DNA of 63,763 nt, the filler included, from Folioceros fuciformis (taxonomy: Eukaryota), in the NCBI GenBank assembly GCA_049999805.1. It is 25 parts of 25 records of this genome, joined end to end, with 100 filler letters (N's around TTAATTAATTAA, not from the genome) between each part and the next. Parts side by side here need not be neighbours in the genome. Positions count along the whole stretch, not along the records: positions 23,851 to 29,925 come from JBNGIO010007031.1; positions 30,026 to 31,932 come from JBNGIO010007032.1; positions 32,033 to 33,241 come from JBNGIO010007033.1; positions 33,342 to 35,593 come from JBNGIO010007034.1; positions 35,694 to 36,882 come from JBNGIO010007035.1; 20 more parts are not named here. One strand, 5' to 3'. Both the position numbers and the translations under genes were made by a program. Below, in pieces: positions 23,751-36,833 of the stretch (position 1 is the stretch's first letter; each line of letters starts with the position of its first letter). The notes below the pieces were generated by a model. That model was not told the DNA's origin. It saw only the letters and a list, made by a program, of their open reading frames with translations, and made no database searches.

Positions 23751-25113
23751 NNNNNNNNNNNNNNNNNNNNNNNNNNNNNNNNNNNNNNNNNNNNTTAATT
23801 AATTAANNNNNNNNNNNNNNNNNNNNNNNNNNNNNNNNNNNNNNNNNNNNAATATATATAGTTATTTGTTTTATGGATATTAGGTCATGTTGTTTTAACA
23901 AGGCTTGTTCTTAATTTCTTCCATTTTTTAATCCGCAAAAGCTTACCTCCCTCTCTTACTTGGGGAAAGAGCAATTCTTTAGATTCTAGTTTGTGTGGTT
24001 TAGGGTATAGGGTAATGCAAACAAATTGCACTTTGTAGATCTACTCATCTTGTAGCAATAGGATTCCCCTTGAGATGATTTTGGGACTTATCGGACTCAT
24101 AACCAGATTGAATGTTCGGGACTTATAGTAGGTTACTAGGAGGAGTGCTGGAGATGTTGATATCACAAACTACAACATTGTTTTGGAAGATGGTGTTCCA
24201 ATATTCTTGTGGGGAATCGTGTTCCCTAACCATGGATGGAGTAGAGAAAGAAATCTATGGTATGATTTCCTTGCAAAATATCTCAATTCCACAAAAAGAC
24301 AGAATATCATAATATGCCAAATGTAACCATAAATGGATAACACCTACTACACCTCTTCTTGCACTGGGTAGGACATAAATTATGTAGCCAATGGAAAGTG
24401 TAGAGGAAGAGGAAGAAGAATTCTAGTAGAGAACACTACTAAGGACAGAGTTGGCCATGAAAGAAAAACAAAAGGGAACAGCACTGTCGTATTAAGAGGT
24501 TGTCCAAGGGATCCAAACCACTGAAAATGTGAGTGGGTCAGCCCTTCTAAGTTAAGGAAAACACTCCAACCTAAAATAACATGGGGCTTCCACTTTAAAA
24601 GAATCTTGACGAGAGGAGCAAACCATTGTGGTTGTACCCGATTCTGCAGTGCGATGCTTTTTTTAGGAGAGCAAACATTTTACAGGGTTATCCTCGCCAA
24701 TCAGAGGGGGATGAAGGTGATCATCGTGATGGAACAGCATCTGTACCTGTCCTGCATTTGCTCCCGACCTCGTTGTTTGCAACTAGGCCGTGCTTAAGAT
24801 GTCGGAGGTGCAGCAGTGATTTGCGCACACCATGAATCCTCAGTCGGAGATCATTGCAAGCTCGTTGAATGTAGGTTGGAGTCTCCCACGCTGTCTGTTG
24901 GGCAGGGGGACGCTGTGGGCTCGCAGAGGGAGGAGAACTGTGGGGTTTTCGTTGTCGGACCCGGCGTAGATTTGCCACTTTCAGCTCACGCACACTCATT
25001 GGTGCCATTCGTTTCACGCTTCTGTGGGCAGTGAGTGGCCCAAGGCTAGGGTTTGAGATCCCCTGCCGATGAGCAAGACCGTTGGAGTGTGTTAGCATCG
25101 TGTTGCGTCGAAC

Positions 25114-26514
25114 ATGGCTGGGTCGACGGAGCATGAAGTTAGCCAGGTGAGCTTGCACAAGCTCGATCAGAGCGCAGGATCTGCCAGTGTATCCGGAGTT
25201 GAATCATGTAATTGCTAGGTTGGGCAGGTTGACGAGCTCTCTTTTTGCCAGCAGGTGGACACAGAGTGCACAGAAAAGGGCTATGAGGCGGACTGCTGGG
25301 GCTGTGGACAGCATTTGCGCTTGGCAGTCGTCACCCCTGTCTTTAAATGTGCGTGGTGTGGGGCTATCTCTTTCGTGAAAAATAATCCACGCAAGCCGAG
25401 GAGCTGGAGATCCAAGCTGAGAAGCGTGAGAGACCGTCTGCTCGTGATTGCTGTACTTGTCCTCATTCTGTCGATTATTTGTGAGTCCATGCCACCTGTT
25501 CCTTGCTGGCTGTAGACTGCAATCATAGCCGTGCTGCCATCTTCTCTCACAGCGTTTTTGTGTGATGCCGATTCTCAGCTTAAACTCCCGGGCTACTTCA
25601 TGCAGGTGGTGGAGTTTGGGCAGTATTTCCTGTCATCTTCTCCTCGTTCTCCTTGGTTCTTGTGCTGCACTCTGTCTTCACGTGTGCCCTATCTTTCAAT
25701 GTCCTATTCAATTTCGTGCTGGCTGCATCTCAACCAGCAGGCCCCCCTGCTCGTATAGCATGGGGTAAAGTAGGGGATGTCGTTCCAGGATCGTTGGAGG
25801 GCTACAGATATTGTGTTCCTTGTGCAAGTCCAAAGCCACCCAGAGTGCACCATTGCAGCACATGCGCTTGCTGCGTAGTTGATATGGACCATCACTGTCC
25901 CTTTGTAAGTATTCCTTCTCAGATCACTCTCTCAACCAGAATCATGTGCCACTGCTTTTCCTCTTTGCCTAAAGTGACACGCTCCTGAAGTTGAATTGCC
26001 GCAGATTGGAAACTGTGTGGGAGCTGGGAATCATCGCCATTTTCTTCTTTTCTTGTTCTTCACATGTATCAGCACTGTGTACGTCTTTCTTATGGCAGTA
26101 TATGCTGGCATCCGAGTATGGCCAACGATGATACGCCTCCGGGAGCGACCTTTGCTAACTGAGATGGGGTGGCAAAGGGGTGGTGCAATTCTGGCTAGTT
26201 TGTTGAGGGCATTGGTCTCGAGTCAGTTTGAGGTATCGGTCAGAGCCATAGCACTCATCAAACTTGTCATTGCCAGTCTCTCTGTCCTTCTAGGAGTAGG
26301 AGTTCTTCTGTATCAACAGCTCTCTATGCTGTACGATGGGAACGGTTACATAGACTCAATGCAGACGACTTGGACCCAAGGAGTCTTGAGGGGAGTGGCA
26401 GTGACCAAGGGTTGGGTTAATCTGAGGAAGGTCTTTGGCAATGGGAATCCGGCATTCTGGATAGCACCTAAACTGCATGCCCACACTGATCCGCATTCCC
26501 GGAAATCTTTGTGA
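25114..26514 (+). CDS. PAT11: DHHC protein S-acyltransferase, PAT11-like
   Basis: MAGSTEHEVSQ / CWGCG...PVFKCAWCGAI / YCVPCASPKPPRVHHCSTCACCVVDMDHHCPF / IGNCVGAGNHRHFLLFLF. Four exons with GT-AG introns. Confidence 0.88.
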
Positions 26515-27064
26515 CACTATAATATAATTCATCCTGTAACAACTACTTCCAATCCCAATTTTGGGGCACAGTTGATTCTCATGGCTTGGAGATGACTTAA
26601 TCCGTGCACACACCGACGGGGAGATTGCCCATTACCACTGCTAAAACCAGCACCGAGGTAAGTTTTCCTCTCAGCAAGTGCTCTTGGCACCTTGCTTGGT
26701 GTCCAAATGGGCGATCCACGGTCTGAACGTAAAACGCATGATCTCGAACTCGCAAGCTCAGCAACCTGTTATTCTTTTAGTGCTTAAACATAAAAAATCA
26801 AAGGTAGGTTCCCCCTGATTCGATTGACGTAGCAATCGCATCGCTCAGTACAGAAGCCCCGCAGCGAGGATCGTTTACGTGAGGCCTCTACTGCACCTCT
26901 GCCAAAACATGAGAAGGAAAGGTTTTAGTCCAAACACGGCAAAGATTCGAATGTTTTGTAAGGAAACAGATACACGAGAACAGCACCTTACCGATCACTT
27001 CTCAGCACAGTTGTCAACTCAGCTTATGACTAAAAGCAGAAAACCGGGCTACGAGGACAAAGTC

Positions 27065-29925
27065 TCAGTCTATTTCAACATGAAACATGGCATGAGCAGC
27101 CTGTGCCGCTTCCTCGTCGTAAAAATTTTCATGTGGCGGCAGATGATTCGCATCCCAAGCATGATCAGATGTGAATGTGCTGTCCCAGGGCATGTGTTGG
27201 ATAGGCAGATTCAGAGGCGGTGGCCGGATTGAAGCAGGAAGCTCCATGTAGGGTAACATGTCGTCACGGGCTGATGCATTCAAAGCTGGCCCAAGAACAC
27301 GCGGACTCGTCAGGGAGCTCCTCTTGTTGTACACAAGATCAGAATACAAGGAAGATGGATCTCCCTGTTCTCCAAGACCATCGGGAGAATGAACGTCTGC
27401 TCCAAGACTATTCCCGTTCGTGTCAATATCTCCCCCACAGGGAGACCCGGTTTCAAAATTCAACCCAAGATCCACGTTTTCGATACCATCTTTCTTGGGC
27501 TTCTTCCATCGTTTAGTAGATGATGTTCCATCATCTTCAAAATCCTCCTCGTCCCTGTCTGTGTGAAGATACACCCAGAGCTTCTTATCACCATCAAATC
27601 GCACACATGGGTCCCTCTCATAATGCAGACGATCCAGTGCTCCACTCACAACCTGGTTCACCTGAGCGTCAGAAACTTCCTCCATAATATACTGCGAATC
27701 ACGAATGAGAGCACAAACATCAGCCCTGGTCCCTATGCTCGCTGGCAGTCTAGCTGCAGCATCCCTAACGAGGCACAGGATTGTCACATGGGGAGGCCTA
27801 TCTGGCTTCAACATGAAGTGATCCCGTGGTTTCGAGGTTGGCTTGCCACCGCCTCTTCTCAGAGGTGCAACCACAGCCTTTCCCCCATCTGAGCGGGTGT
27901 AGGAAAATGGCCTGTCAGGAAGCAGATAACGCATAGATTCTTCTCGATGGAAGTATGCTTTCATGTCCTCTGAAGTTGGAGGAATAGTCACCAAGCTCTT
28001 CTGTGCCTTAAAATCTTTGAATCTTTCCTTCTCATCGACCCCTGCACAAACGGGAGCGGGCGGTTGGATTGGCCACCGAACAAACAGCTGTTGTATCTCT
28101 TGACCATGTTTCAGCCATGCGGCTAGCATGTCCTCCAGCTTCAGAAGGGTTTTAGGCGAAATGCCCCAGTCTTCTGCTGAAGTCGGAATCTCTCTAGGTT
28201 GTTCAGTGAGCCCAACACCAGGTGATGGTCCAACCCAACACCAACCCCTCCTCTTCGTGTCAAACCCAACAAGAGGTTTCCAGCCCTTTACTCCTTGGGG
28301 AGCTGCCCTGGAAGATAGGACTTTGATTGATCCACGCACAAGATTCTGCATAGAATCTACACCACACATGCGTGCATCCCCAGGATTTGCTTCAACTCTT
28401 CTCACAATCTCAGCAAATGGGATTGCAGGTAGCTCAGGTTCTGCTTCTTTCTTGTCAAGTTCCATCTCCATTAGATCTGAACCTCTATCCACCGAATCCG
28501 GCTCCCGTTCAGCGTACCCATTCAGAGCAGCCTCTGCACCCTGCACATTGTAGAACACGTTTCAAGATTATTTCTCCTGATGACGAACAAACGCATGGAT
28601 CTGCTAACATTGTTCAGGATACAGACTTACCTGTGTGGCATCAATTTGATCCAAGCACTGCCCATCTGCTGTCATCATGGGAGGCGCATTGAGATTGAAA
28701 CTCTGCTTGCCCCCTCCATCTTTTGGCTCACCCTCGGTGCTGACAGGACCTACTTCTTCCTGCTGGTATGGTACTAGCAACGCAACCCTGACTGCAGATA
28801 ACAGGTGAATAATAGAGAAGGAAAATGTGGATGCAAGTGTGGGCGGTACAGGAATGGACGGTTTTTTAGACGACTTGGTTGAAGAGCCCGGTGTTGTCTT
28901 CTCCTTTGAAGGTCCAACGGTGGGTGATAAATCAGGGGCTGATGTCTGGTCCTTATCCGCCTTCGCCCTCTTCTTGCTGGCCCTTCTCTTCAGAGCTTTC
29001 AATTGCATTTCGTCCTCAACTTTCTCACCTACATCAAGATCCCTACCCTCTTCCATATCAACAAAATCCGTTCCACCTGCAAGCTCCTTCTCGGTGGTGG
29101 CAGCAGGCTTCTTCCTCTTCGGAGCCTTCTTCTTGCTCTTAGAGGGATCTGGTAAGGCATTCAAACTCTTGAATGCTTCCTCATCGCCCGTCTCCTCGTC
29201 CTTCAAATTTTCTACATCCGCAAAACTCTCATCCTCCTGTACATACTTCAACTCATCAAGCTGTATACCTTTCCCCCTTCTTAACAGTTTGGATTCCTTC
29301 GACGCCTTCTCTCCGGCCTTCTTGACCGAACCCTTCTTTGATTTTTCTCCCAATTCAAACCCTTCTTGAGGTCCCTTGCTTCGAGGTTTCCTAATCTCGC
29401 CAACACCTTGGCCCTTCTTAGCAGGTCTCCTCTTCTCTGGTTTTGCTTCAGTCATTGGAGCCTCACGTTTAGCTGGACTATCGACGCCGCTTAGCTCCTC
29501 AAAATCTCTTCCTTGCGGTTCTACATCATCATCGGCCTCATCAGCTTGGATGTCTACTTCCACTTCTTGCTCCTGATCCAGTGACCTGTCCTCTTCGAAG
29601 ATTGCTACTGCCTGCAAGCTCTTAAAACTCTCCCCATTCTCCTCAGAAACGGATCTGTGAGGCTTTTTCCGCTTCTTCGATTCTGCAGGAATAGCTGCTC
29701 TCTTCCTTTTCTCTCCTGTAATCTTTGAGCGAGGCTTCTTCACTTCCACAACCTCTTCTCTCTCCTCTATTGGAACGGCAACCTCAGCGGGGGTACCGTC
29801 GGGATCTAGTCTAACTATATCTGCCTTCGACTGGGACAAAGTTCCCTTCTCCTTCACATTGCCTTTAGGAAGGCCTCTTTGAACAACCTTCAGCAACCCC
29901 TTAGGCTTGTAGACTGGCACTGGTT
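27065..29925 (-). CDS. NFRKB: NFRKB-like INO80 subunit, central and C-terminal part (winged helix); 5'-truncated, one 90-bp intron (28541-28630)
   Basis: TFSFSIIHLLSAVRVALL, EIVRRVEANPGDARM, KPTSKPRDHFMLKPDRPPHVTILCLVRDAAARLPASIGTRADVC and ALDRLHYERDPCV. Confidence 0.92.
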
Positions 29926-30025
29926 NNNNNNNNNNNNNNNNNNNNNNNNNNNNNNNNNNNNNNNNNNNNTTAATTAATTAANNNNNNNNNNNNNNNNNNN
30001 NNNNNNNNNNNNNNNNNNNNNNNNN

Positions 30026-31932
30026 CTCCCGCAGGAGCCAGAGGGAGAGCTCAAGGTGGACCTAACGGGACACAAAGAGGAAGTGAGCTTCTGAGGATGC
30101 CATGGCTGTGAGCTCTCTTTATAGGTGGGAGGGGGAGGAGAGGTGCTAGAGGTAGGGTGCGGGAGTCTGCAAGTACGGCCCTGTAACATCCATCTTCAGC
30201 TTCTGTTAATCATCACCTATCGCTATCATCATCACCAAAAACCTGGCGTGATATATTCCAGTCCGCCACTTTCTACGTGCATGTCCACGTGTCTGCAGGT
30301 GGTCACGAATAAAAAGTCAGGGAAAATGGCACTGAGCAACACATCACAGTGCACTTTGGAACCAGACTCCAAGTCGGCCGAAAGGAGAACGCGCATCCAT
30401 GGCGAGAAAAGTTGTAGTTACCTTGCCATGGGGGTAAGACGTGATCGTCCAAATATGCTTTTGACTCGTACCCAAGTGTGAGATCATGAAGCTTGCGCTC
30501 CACATGCAGATCCTCCGTTCCTCCACAAGATTTGAGCACAGCAGTAAAAAGAGGCTGAGGAATATGACAGCGTGCCTGCGTCCAGCTACCTTCCAGTATT
30601 CTTACCTTAAATTGCTGACATTGTTGCTCTCCGTTCCCGATGTTACGGCGCCCCCGGGATTACTTCGTATTTTGCAGGCTTGCCAGAATCCGGGGAGCTC
30701 GCCTTTTATTAAAACAAAGTAATAAGGTACACAAGGGCAGTCCTACCTCCTAGCAATCGCCCACAAGAAAGAAACACCTTGACTGCCGAGCTTCTGGAGA
30801 TCTCCTGGAGCTCTACACTCTGGTTCTGCTCCGGATCCAGATGCTGATTATGCATGTATGTGCCATGCATACACAATCAAGAGCTGAAACAGTAGCAAAA
30901 GCTTCGTCCTCGAGACGCCTAACCAGATACTCGCATCGAAAGACGCAGCTCCCCAGGGCATAGCCTCTATAACGTGGGCTGTTGTGTTGCCTCACCAGGC
31001 CGATGACGTGAAGGTGATGGGTGCAAGCGGCAGGCAGGGGATTAGCCGGGGGCACAGGTAAGGGAGCGTTGGAGGAGCCGCTTCAGCACACCCGTGTTCT
31101 GTACCACACCAGCAGCCAGCCTCATCGTCGCTACCACAGGCCTTCAAAAATGGCGAAGAAAAGGACGAGGGCGCTCCACACACCTTCAAAAATGCTCCAG
31201 GGCTTTCAGAACATCCCGGGACCTCATGCCCTGCACACGCGTGCGTATAAGGACACATTAGCCAAGCCAATGTGCTTACAAACCAAGCTTCTGGCATTCT
31301 CCAAGCAATTGCAAGCAAACAAGCAGACGGAATGGTGGGAGGTGCCAAGCTCCGCTTCGCTGTATTGTCCGCAAAACAAAACTGAGGAGCAAAGGGAATT
31401 TGCTTAGGTTTGTTAGCTTGGCGGCAGCGCAGCAATGTTCAGGTCGCCGTGATTGCAAACCCTGCGCCGTGTCCAGGTCAAGAGAGTGCCAAAAAAGCAG
31501 TGGAACACCGCAGCTGACGTTCTTGCCCACCCGCAACTCGTACCATGCCGGGACAGGGGCGAAGAGCCCACGAGGAGGCATGGTAGAGGAGGAATTGCGG
31601 GTGGACAAGAACGTGAGCTATGGATCTAGGAATTTCAAATGCTTAGGTAGGTGCCCGGGGGTCAAGAGCTCGGGCAAACGCAGGCAAGACCTGGGGCAAG
31701 GCATGGATAGGGGGTGCAAGAGCTCGAAAGAGGTGGGTTTAGGGTCAAGAACCCAGGCAAAGCAGGAGCTCGACCAGGGCCGTACTTGCAGACTCCCGCA
31801 CCCTACCTCTAGCACCTCTCCTCCCCCTCCCACCTATAAAGAGAGCTCACAGCCATGGCATCCTCAGAAGCTCACTTCCTCTTTGTGTCCCGTTAGGTCC
31901 ACCTTGAGCTCTCCCTCTGGCTCCTGCGGGAG
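30026..31932. repeat. Contig bounded by a perfect 158-bp inverted repeat (30026-30183 / 31775-31932)
   Basis: The two ends are exact reverse complements. Each arm contains CCTATAAA facing outward. Confidence 0.93.
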
Positions 31933-32032
31933 NNNNNNNNNNNNNNNNNNNNNNNNNNNNNNNNNNNNNNNNNNNNTTAATTAATTAANNNNNNNNNNNN
32001 NNNNNNNNNNNNNNNNNNNNNNNNNNNNNNNN

Positions 32033-33241
32033 TCCACCCAGGCTCACACCGCGTCGCACTAACCGGCCCCGGCCCCGGCCCCGGCCAAGTCTGTCTCTCT
32101 CTCCTCCTCCCTTTTTCTACTCACCTTCCTGCATCGCCAGACGTGTCTTCCAAAACAAATTTTCTTTAATCCTTTTTTTTTCCCTTGTCTTAACTTTTAT
32201 CGCGGCTCGGCTCGGCTGGGCTCGGATAGGCTAGGCTCGGGTCGTATGGAATCGACTGCATAAATATTTTACTTTCGCTCTCTTTTTTTCTTTCTTTCTT
32301 TTCGTACGTCCGAACGGACAATACATTCCACATAAGTACTTCCTCTTTCCTCCTCTTTCCTTCTTGTTGTTGTATGTGGCAGGGGAAGGAAGTTGCCGGG
32401 CAGGTGAGGCCAGGCTGGTTGCTGGTCCCAGGCCCGGGGCGGAGGCAAAACCGATACGATTCGTCCCAATCCAATCCGCAATCCGGCGCTTGAGCGGGCA
32501 GCGGGCAACGGGCAGCGGGCAGCGGGCACGGGTACGGGCACGGGCACGGGCGTCTTTCCGGTGATGCTGATGGAGATGCTGCGGCAGGAAGCGGCACGCA
32601 GTGTGGAATAGAGTATCCCGTTTGTTCCGTTACGCCATGTCATCACCACCTGCTAGTGTCACTCCTCACATACGGACAACTGGATACCGTATGTATGTCC
32701 ATACACATGTATGTGTGAATGTGGTTACTGTACATATCCAGCGAGTCGAGTCGAGTCGAGTCGAGTCGAGGTGTTCCTGGAGTGGACTCCATTTCAGGCC
32801 ATATATATCTCATCTCGGAGGTACATCACACACTTAACTTGGTTGGTTGGGACTGGAATGTGTATGGGAAACGCGAGGCATCGGCATCCCGCGTCTCGCA
32901 TCGCGAATAACGCTGCAGGACTGAGGACCCGGTCCGGCACATGAATTGTTGTTGTGTGTCCGTGGAAAGATGAGAGACCGCCCATGCCATGCCGCAGTTT
33001 GTATGCGACACCAGCACAGCAACAGCAACAGCAACTTGGCCTGTCTCTCACCAGGCCTGGCCAGCTCCAATCTGGTCCCACTGCGTCGTCCGGCACACAC
33101 ACGCGTACGGGTCCGGCCCTGCAGCCGCCCCCCCCCGCATGCACCTTCCGTGCCTCTGCGTGCGTGCTACGCGCGTACGGCAGTACTGGGCCGCCCTCTT
33201 TCCCCCTTGCTGTCACATGAAACCTGTCCCGAACTCCCCAC
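32033..33241. repeat. Microsatellite-rich GC-rich non-coding contig
   Basis: Runs of CCGGCC, GGCTC, GAGTC, CGGGCA, CAGCAA and TCTT. Confidence 0.75.
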
Positions 33242-33342
33242 NNNNNNNNNNNNNNNNNNNNNNNNNNNNNNNNNNNNNNNNNNNNTTAATTAATTAANNN
33301 NNNNNNNNNNNNNNNNNNNNNNNNNNNNNNNNNNNNNNNNNC

Positions 33343-33672
33343 GCCAGCCCCACCGACTACTACGATCTCAGCAACGTGGATGCCTACACCATCGGCCTGG
33401 AGATCCAGCCCATCGACAGCGGCTGCGGCGCGCCCTCCTGCACCATCTCTGACATCCGTGGCTTCTGCACCTCCAACAACCAGCTCATCAGCCTGCCCAC
33501 GGGGGCTCTGGTTTGCGTCAACACCGATGGCTCCGCCGGGATCGGCCCCACCGACGGCACCCGGGAGTTCAAGTCTGCGTGCCCGAGTTCCTACAGCTAC
33601 AACTATGACGACGCCACCTCCACCTTCGCCTGCGGCCATGGCACCAACTACAACGTCATCTTCTGCCCCTGA
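33343..33672 (+). CDS. Thaumatin-like protein (PR-5), C-terminal part
   Basis: DYYDLSNVDAYTIGLEIQP, FKSACPSSYSYNYDDATSTFAC and NYNVIFCP*. Confidence 0.9.
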   Translation, partial: ASPTDYYDLSNVDAYTIGLEIQPIDSGCGAPSCTISDIRGFCTSNNQLISLPTGALVCVNTDGSAGIGPTDGTREFKSACPSSYSYNYDDATSTFACGHGTNYNVIFCP

Positions 33673-35969
33673 TTCCATCTTCGTCCCGATCCGGGCTACC
33701 TTGCGCACCTTCCACACATCGCACTCCACCCACCTCGCCTCGTCGCGCTTCCTTCCAATGTCCCCTCCTCATAAAACATACATAAACCGCGTACCTAAGT
33801 ATCTTTGTTAAGTAGCCATCAAATAAGGCTGGGAATAAAGTTTACAAGGTTGAGGAACTCTCCTCCGTATACCACACCTTTTTAACTACACCTAAACATC
33901 TAAAGGTGTTTGAAATGAAAGTTGTAATCAACTTTGGAACAACTTCACTTGACGGTTAGGCGCTAGCCTTGGCCTTGGAGTCCTTCTAATCCAGGCTCCC
34001 TCCTTTTAGGAGGTTTGGAGAAGTTCCCTCAAGTGTTTTGGTCTTCAAATACAGGATTAAAGTTGGGTTACATCAATATCCCTTAAACACTACTTGCAGC
34101 TAGCTCACACTCCTCTTCTTCATTGAATGGAAATTTTACTACTCAAGGCCTCACAATGAAGAACTCTATTGTCATGAGACACCATGAATTGAGGAAATCA
34201 GTATAGTATGGGGAGCACCAAAATAATTAAGGGGCAAGAAAGGAAAACTATCTCTTCTATCTAGCTGAGAACTAAAAGTAAACGTTCTCTTTCTCTTTGT
34301 CTAAAGTCAATGACCCAATGTGGCTTAGCACATGGAAGAAGGAATGCTTTTCACACTCTCTAAAGGCTAGGAAGAAATGGTGTGTGTTTTTACAACAAAG
34401 ATGATGGGAACCCTTTGAATTGATGCACTTATGACTTCCTCACAATTCACATGTGTAGGCTCTACAAGAAACCTATGGAATTTCTTATGAAAAAAACACT
34501 GAACAAAATAAGAGTAGTTATGTTTAACTCATACAAATGAACTAGTACATAAGAAGAATTTTGTCCATTCATAAGTTGTGCTTATATTTAGTGCTGTTGA
34601 ACACAAGGATGTAGTTGAAGCAAGTACTTTGCTTTAGGGTTTAGATGAATTTGAGCTGTGAAAGAGTACATCATACATGAAGCTCAAAACTTTGATGAGC
34701 ACACAGCTAAAATGAATATACTATCTATGCTTTACACATCTAATTTGCTCATCATGTAAGCATCTTTCTAATCCCTTAATGCAATGTAATCATCAATGCA
34801 AGTTAAATAATGCTTTTGCTTGTTAGTTCATCTACTGTGATCTTTTATTTTGGATATATATTTTTTGATAAAAAGATGTTTTGTTAGGTGTGAATCAACC
34901 TTCTCCTTCAGTGCATTTGCTAGGAACCTATGAGCCTACAATGAGCAATGTTGGTGTTGCTTCTATATATGGCCCCCGATCAATCGGATCTCTTCCTTTG
35001 AAATTTTCCAAGACTGATTTTCCAGCTACATTGCCAGCTACAAGTTGCAATGCCACTTCCTCAAGAAATGCATTTCCCTATTCGCAATCTTGCTTATGTA
35101 TGCACCACTAAGTTAGCCTTGTTTAGGAAAAGGAAGATATATTCTTGTTGTTTTTTTATCATCAACATGCAATTTCCAGAAGCATTAATTACATAGAGCA
35201 AGATACTGAAGATTACACTAAAACATACTAGGGTGGGTTAGCAAAGCTGAAAGATTTCAAAAGCAAATGTCATTTCATCTCCATGTTTCGAATGATTTGT
35301 GGGTTTGTTTCTGTGTGCAATTTCAGTTGATGGTACTAGAACTGGAATCAAGGCACCTAAAGTTCCTGACCTCCCTTCGCCTAGGGATGTGAGTGTTGCA
35401 ATTTCTTCCATGGAAGTAGAGTTTTCATTTTGGTACAAAGTGGAATGCACATGTTTGCTAACCCAATAGATTGATTTTTTTTTTTTTTTGTTCTTCTTCT
35501 GGTATCAAATATAGAGGATGTCTTCAAGAGAACAATGTGAAGCCTTCAATGCTGATTCATTTAGGCAAGAAGCACACACTTCAGAGATAGATGNNNNNNN
35601 NNNNNNNNNNNNNNNNNNNNNNNNNNNNNNNNNNNNNTTAATTAATTAANNNNNNNNNNNNNNNNNNNNNNNNNNNNNNNNNNNNNNNNNNNNGTTGGAT
35701 AGCCTAGAGTATCACAATTGGATGTGATAACTTGTTAATAATGACAATTAATACACATTTTTTTCTCGTATAAAATTAATCGTATAATAATTTGTGATAC
35801 ATTTGAATTAATATATTATTATTATTATTCATTGTACTTATCAAGTCCATCGTTTCCATAAAAGGATTGTGTGAAAGCCATATATCTTGAAGGAAATGAA
35901 TGTAAGCAAAATGAAAGTCATGCCTTATAAGACAAGACAAAGTATGTGCATGAGAAAATAGATGTATAC

Positions 35970-36833
35970 CTCTTGAAAGGATTTTAATGTGACCCTCAAT
36001 AACCGTCCATGATACTGCTTATCAGCATCGCGCATTTCATGCCATTTGCTCCAAAACAATCCTTGACACCATCCTTTTTGAAAAAAGTTTGCTTTAGCAA
36101 CAAGAAACGTTTTCTGTTCCAAGATTTGTCGTCTGTCTTGAAGGACTCTCAAGCTCCAATACGAAAAAGCCTTTTGTTTGACATGCTTTTTGTAGTGAGA
36201 TAATGCTTTTTCTAATATTCCTCTGTACAAAAACATCTTCTACTTTCATTGGCCTTCTCAAATACAAGAGGGCCAAGAATAGAGTCAATCATCTTAAAAA
36301 CCACACAAAAGACCAATGCCAATGCCAATGCCAATGCCAATGCCAATGCCAATACCAATGCCAATGCCAATGCCATGTTTAATTCCAGAAAGTAAATAAA
36401 ATAAAAATAAAAATCATATTAAGGACAATACTTACTGGGCAATTTGTAGAAGAATGCACCACGGTCTCCAACCATAGAAATACATTTTAGCTTTACATGA
36501 ATGTAAACATGCTAGCTCCCATTGTAGTAAAAACAACTCTTGCTTTTTTTTGTTCTCCAATAGTTTCTGGTAAATCAAATTTATATCAATATTCAAGATA
36601 TGTAGCTCTATAGTATGTTTTCAAATATTTTAACCTGATATTTATTCACTGTTGCTTCACGTCGCAACTCTAGCTCAGCTTGACGCTGTAGTCTTTTTAG
36701 TTGCATTTGCAATTCCAATTTACTTTTTTTTTCTTCCTATTTTTCATGAATTCGTATTTATAAGGTAAAAAATAAAATAAAAATCTTATACCTTGTCTAG
36801 TTGGCTATGCAATAGATTACTTTCTACTTCTCT
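35970..36833 (-). CDS. Coiled-coil + Sfi1-type repeat protein (CCDC191/Sfi1-like), internal exons
   Basis: In-frame spliced exons REVESNLLHSQLDK / EEKKSKLELQMQLKRLQRQAELELRRE / ELACLHSCKAKMYFYGWRPW / KALSHYKKHVKQKAFSYW...ADKQYHGRLLRVTLKSFQ, with an A-x7-LL-x3-F/L-x2-W-like pattern. Confidence 0.6.
36312..36375. repeat. (GCCAAT)n hexanucleotide microsatellite, intronic
   Basis: About 10 tandem units. Confidence 0.9.

Noticed and set aside
34860-35593. Possible plus-strand exons in the AT-rich end of the thaumatin contig
   Set aside because: Plausible splice sites, but no coherent or recognisable protein.
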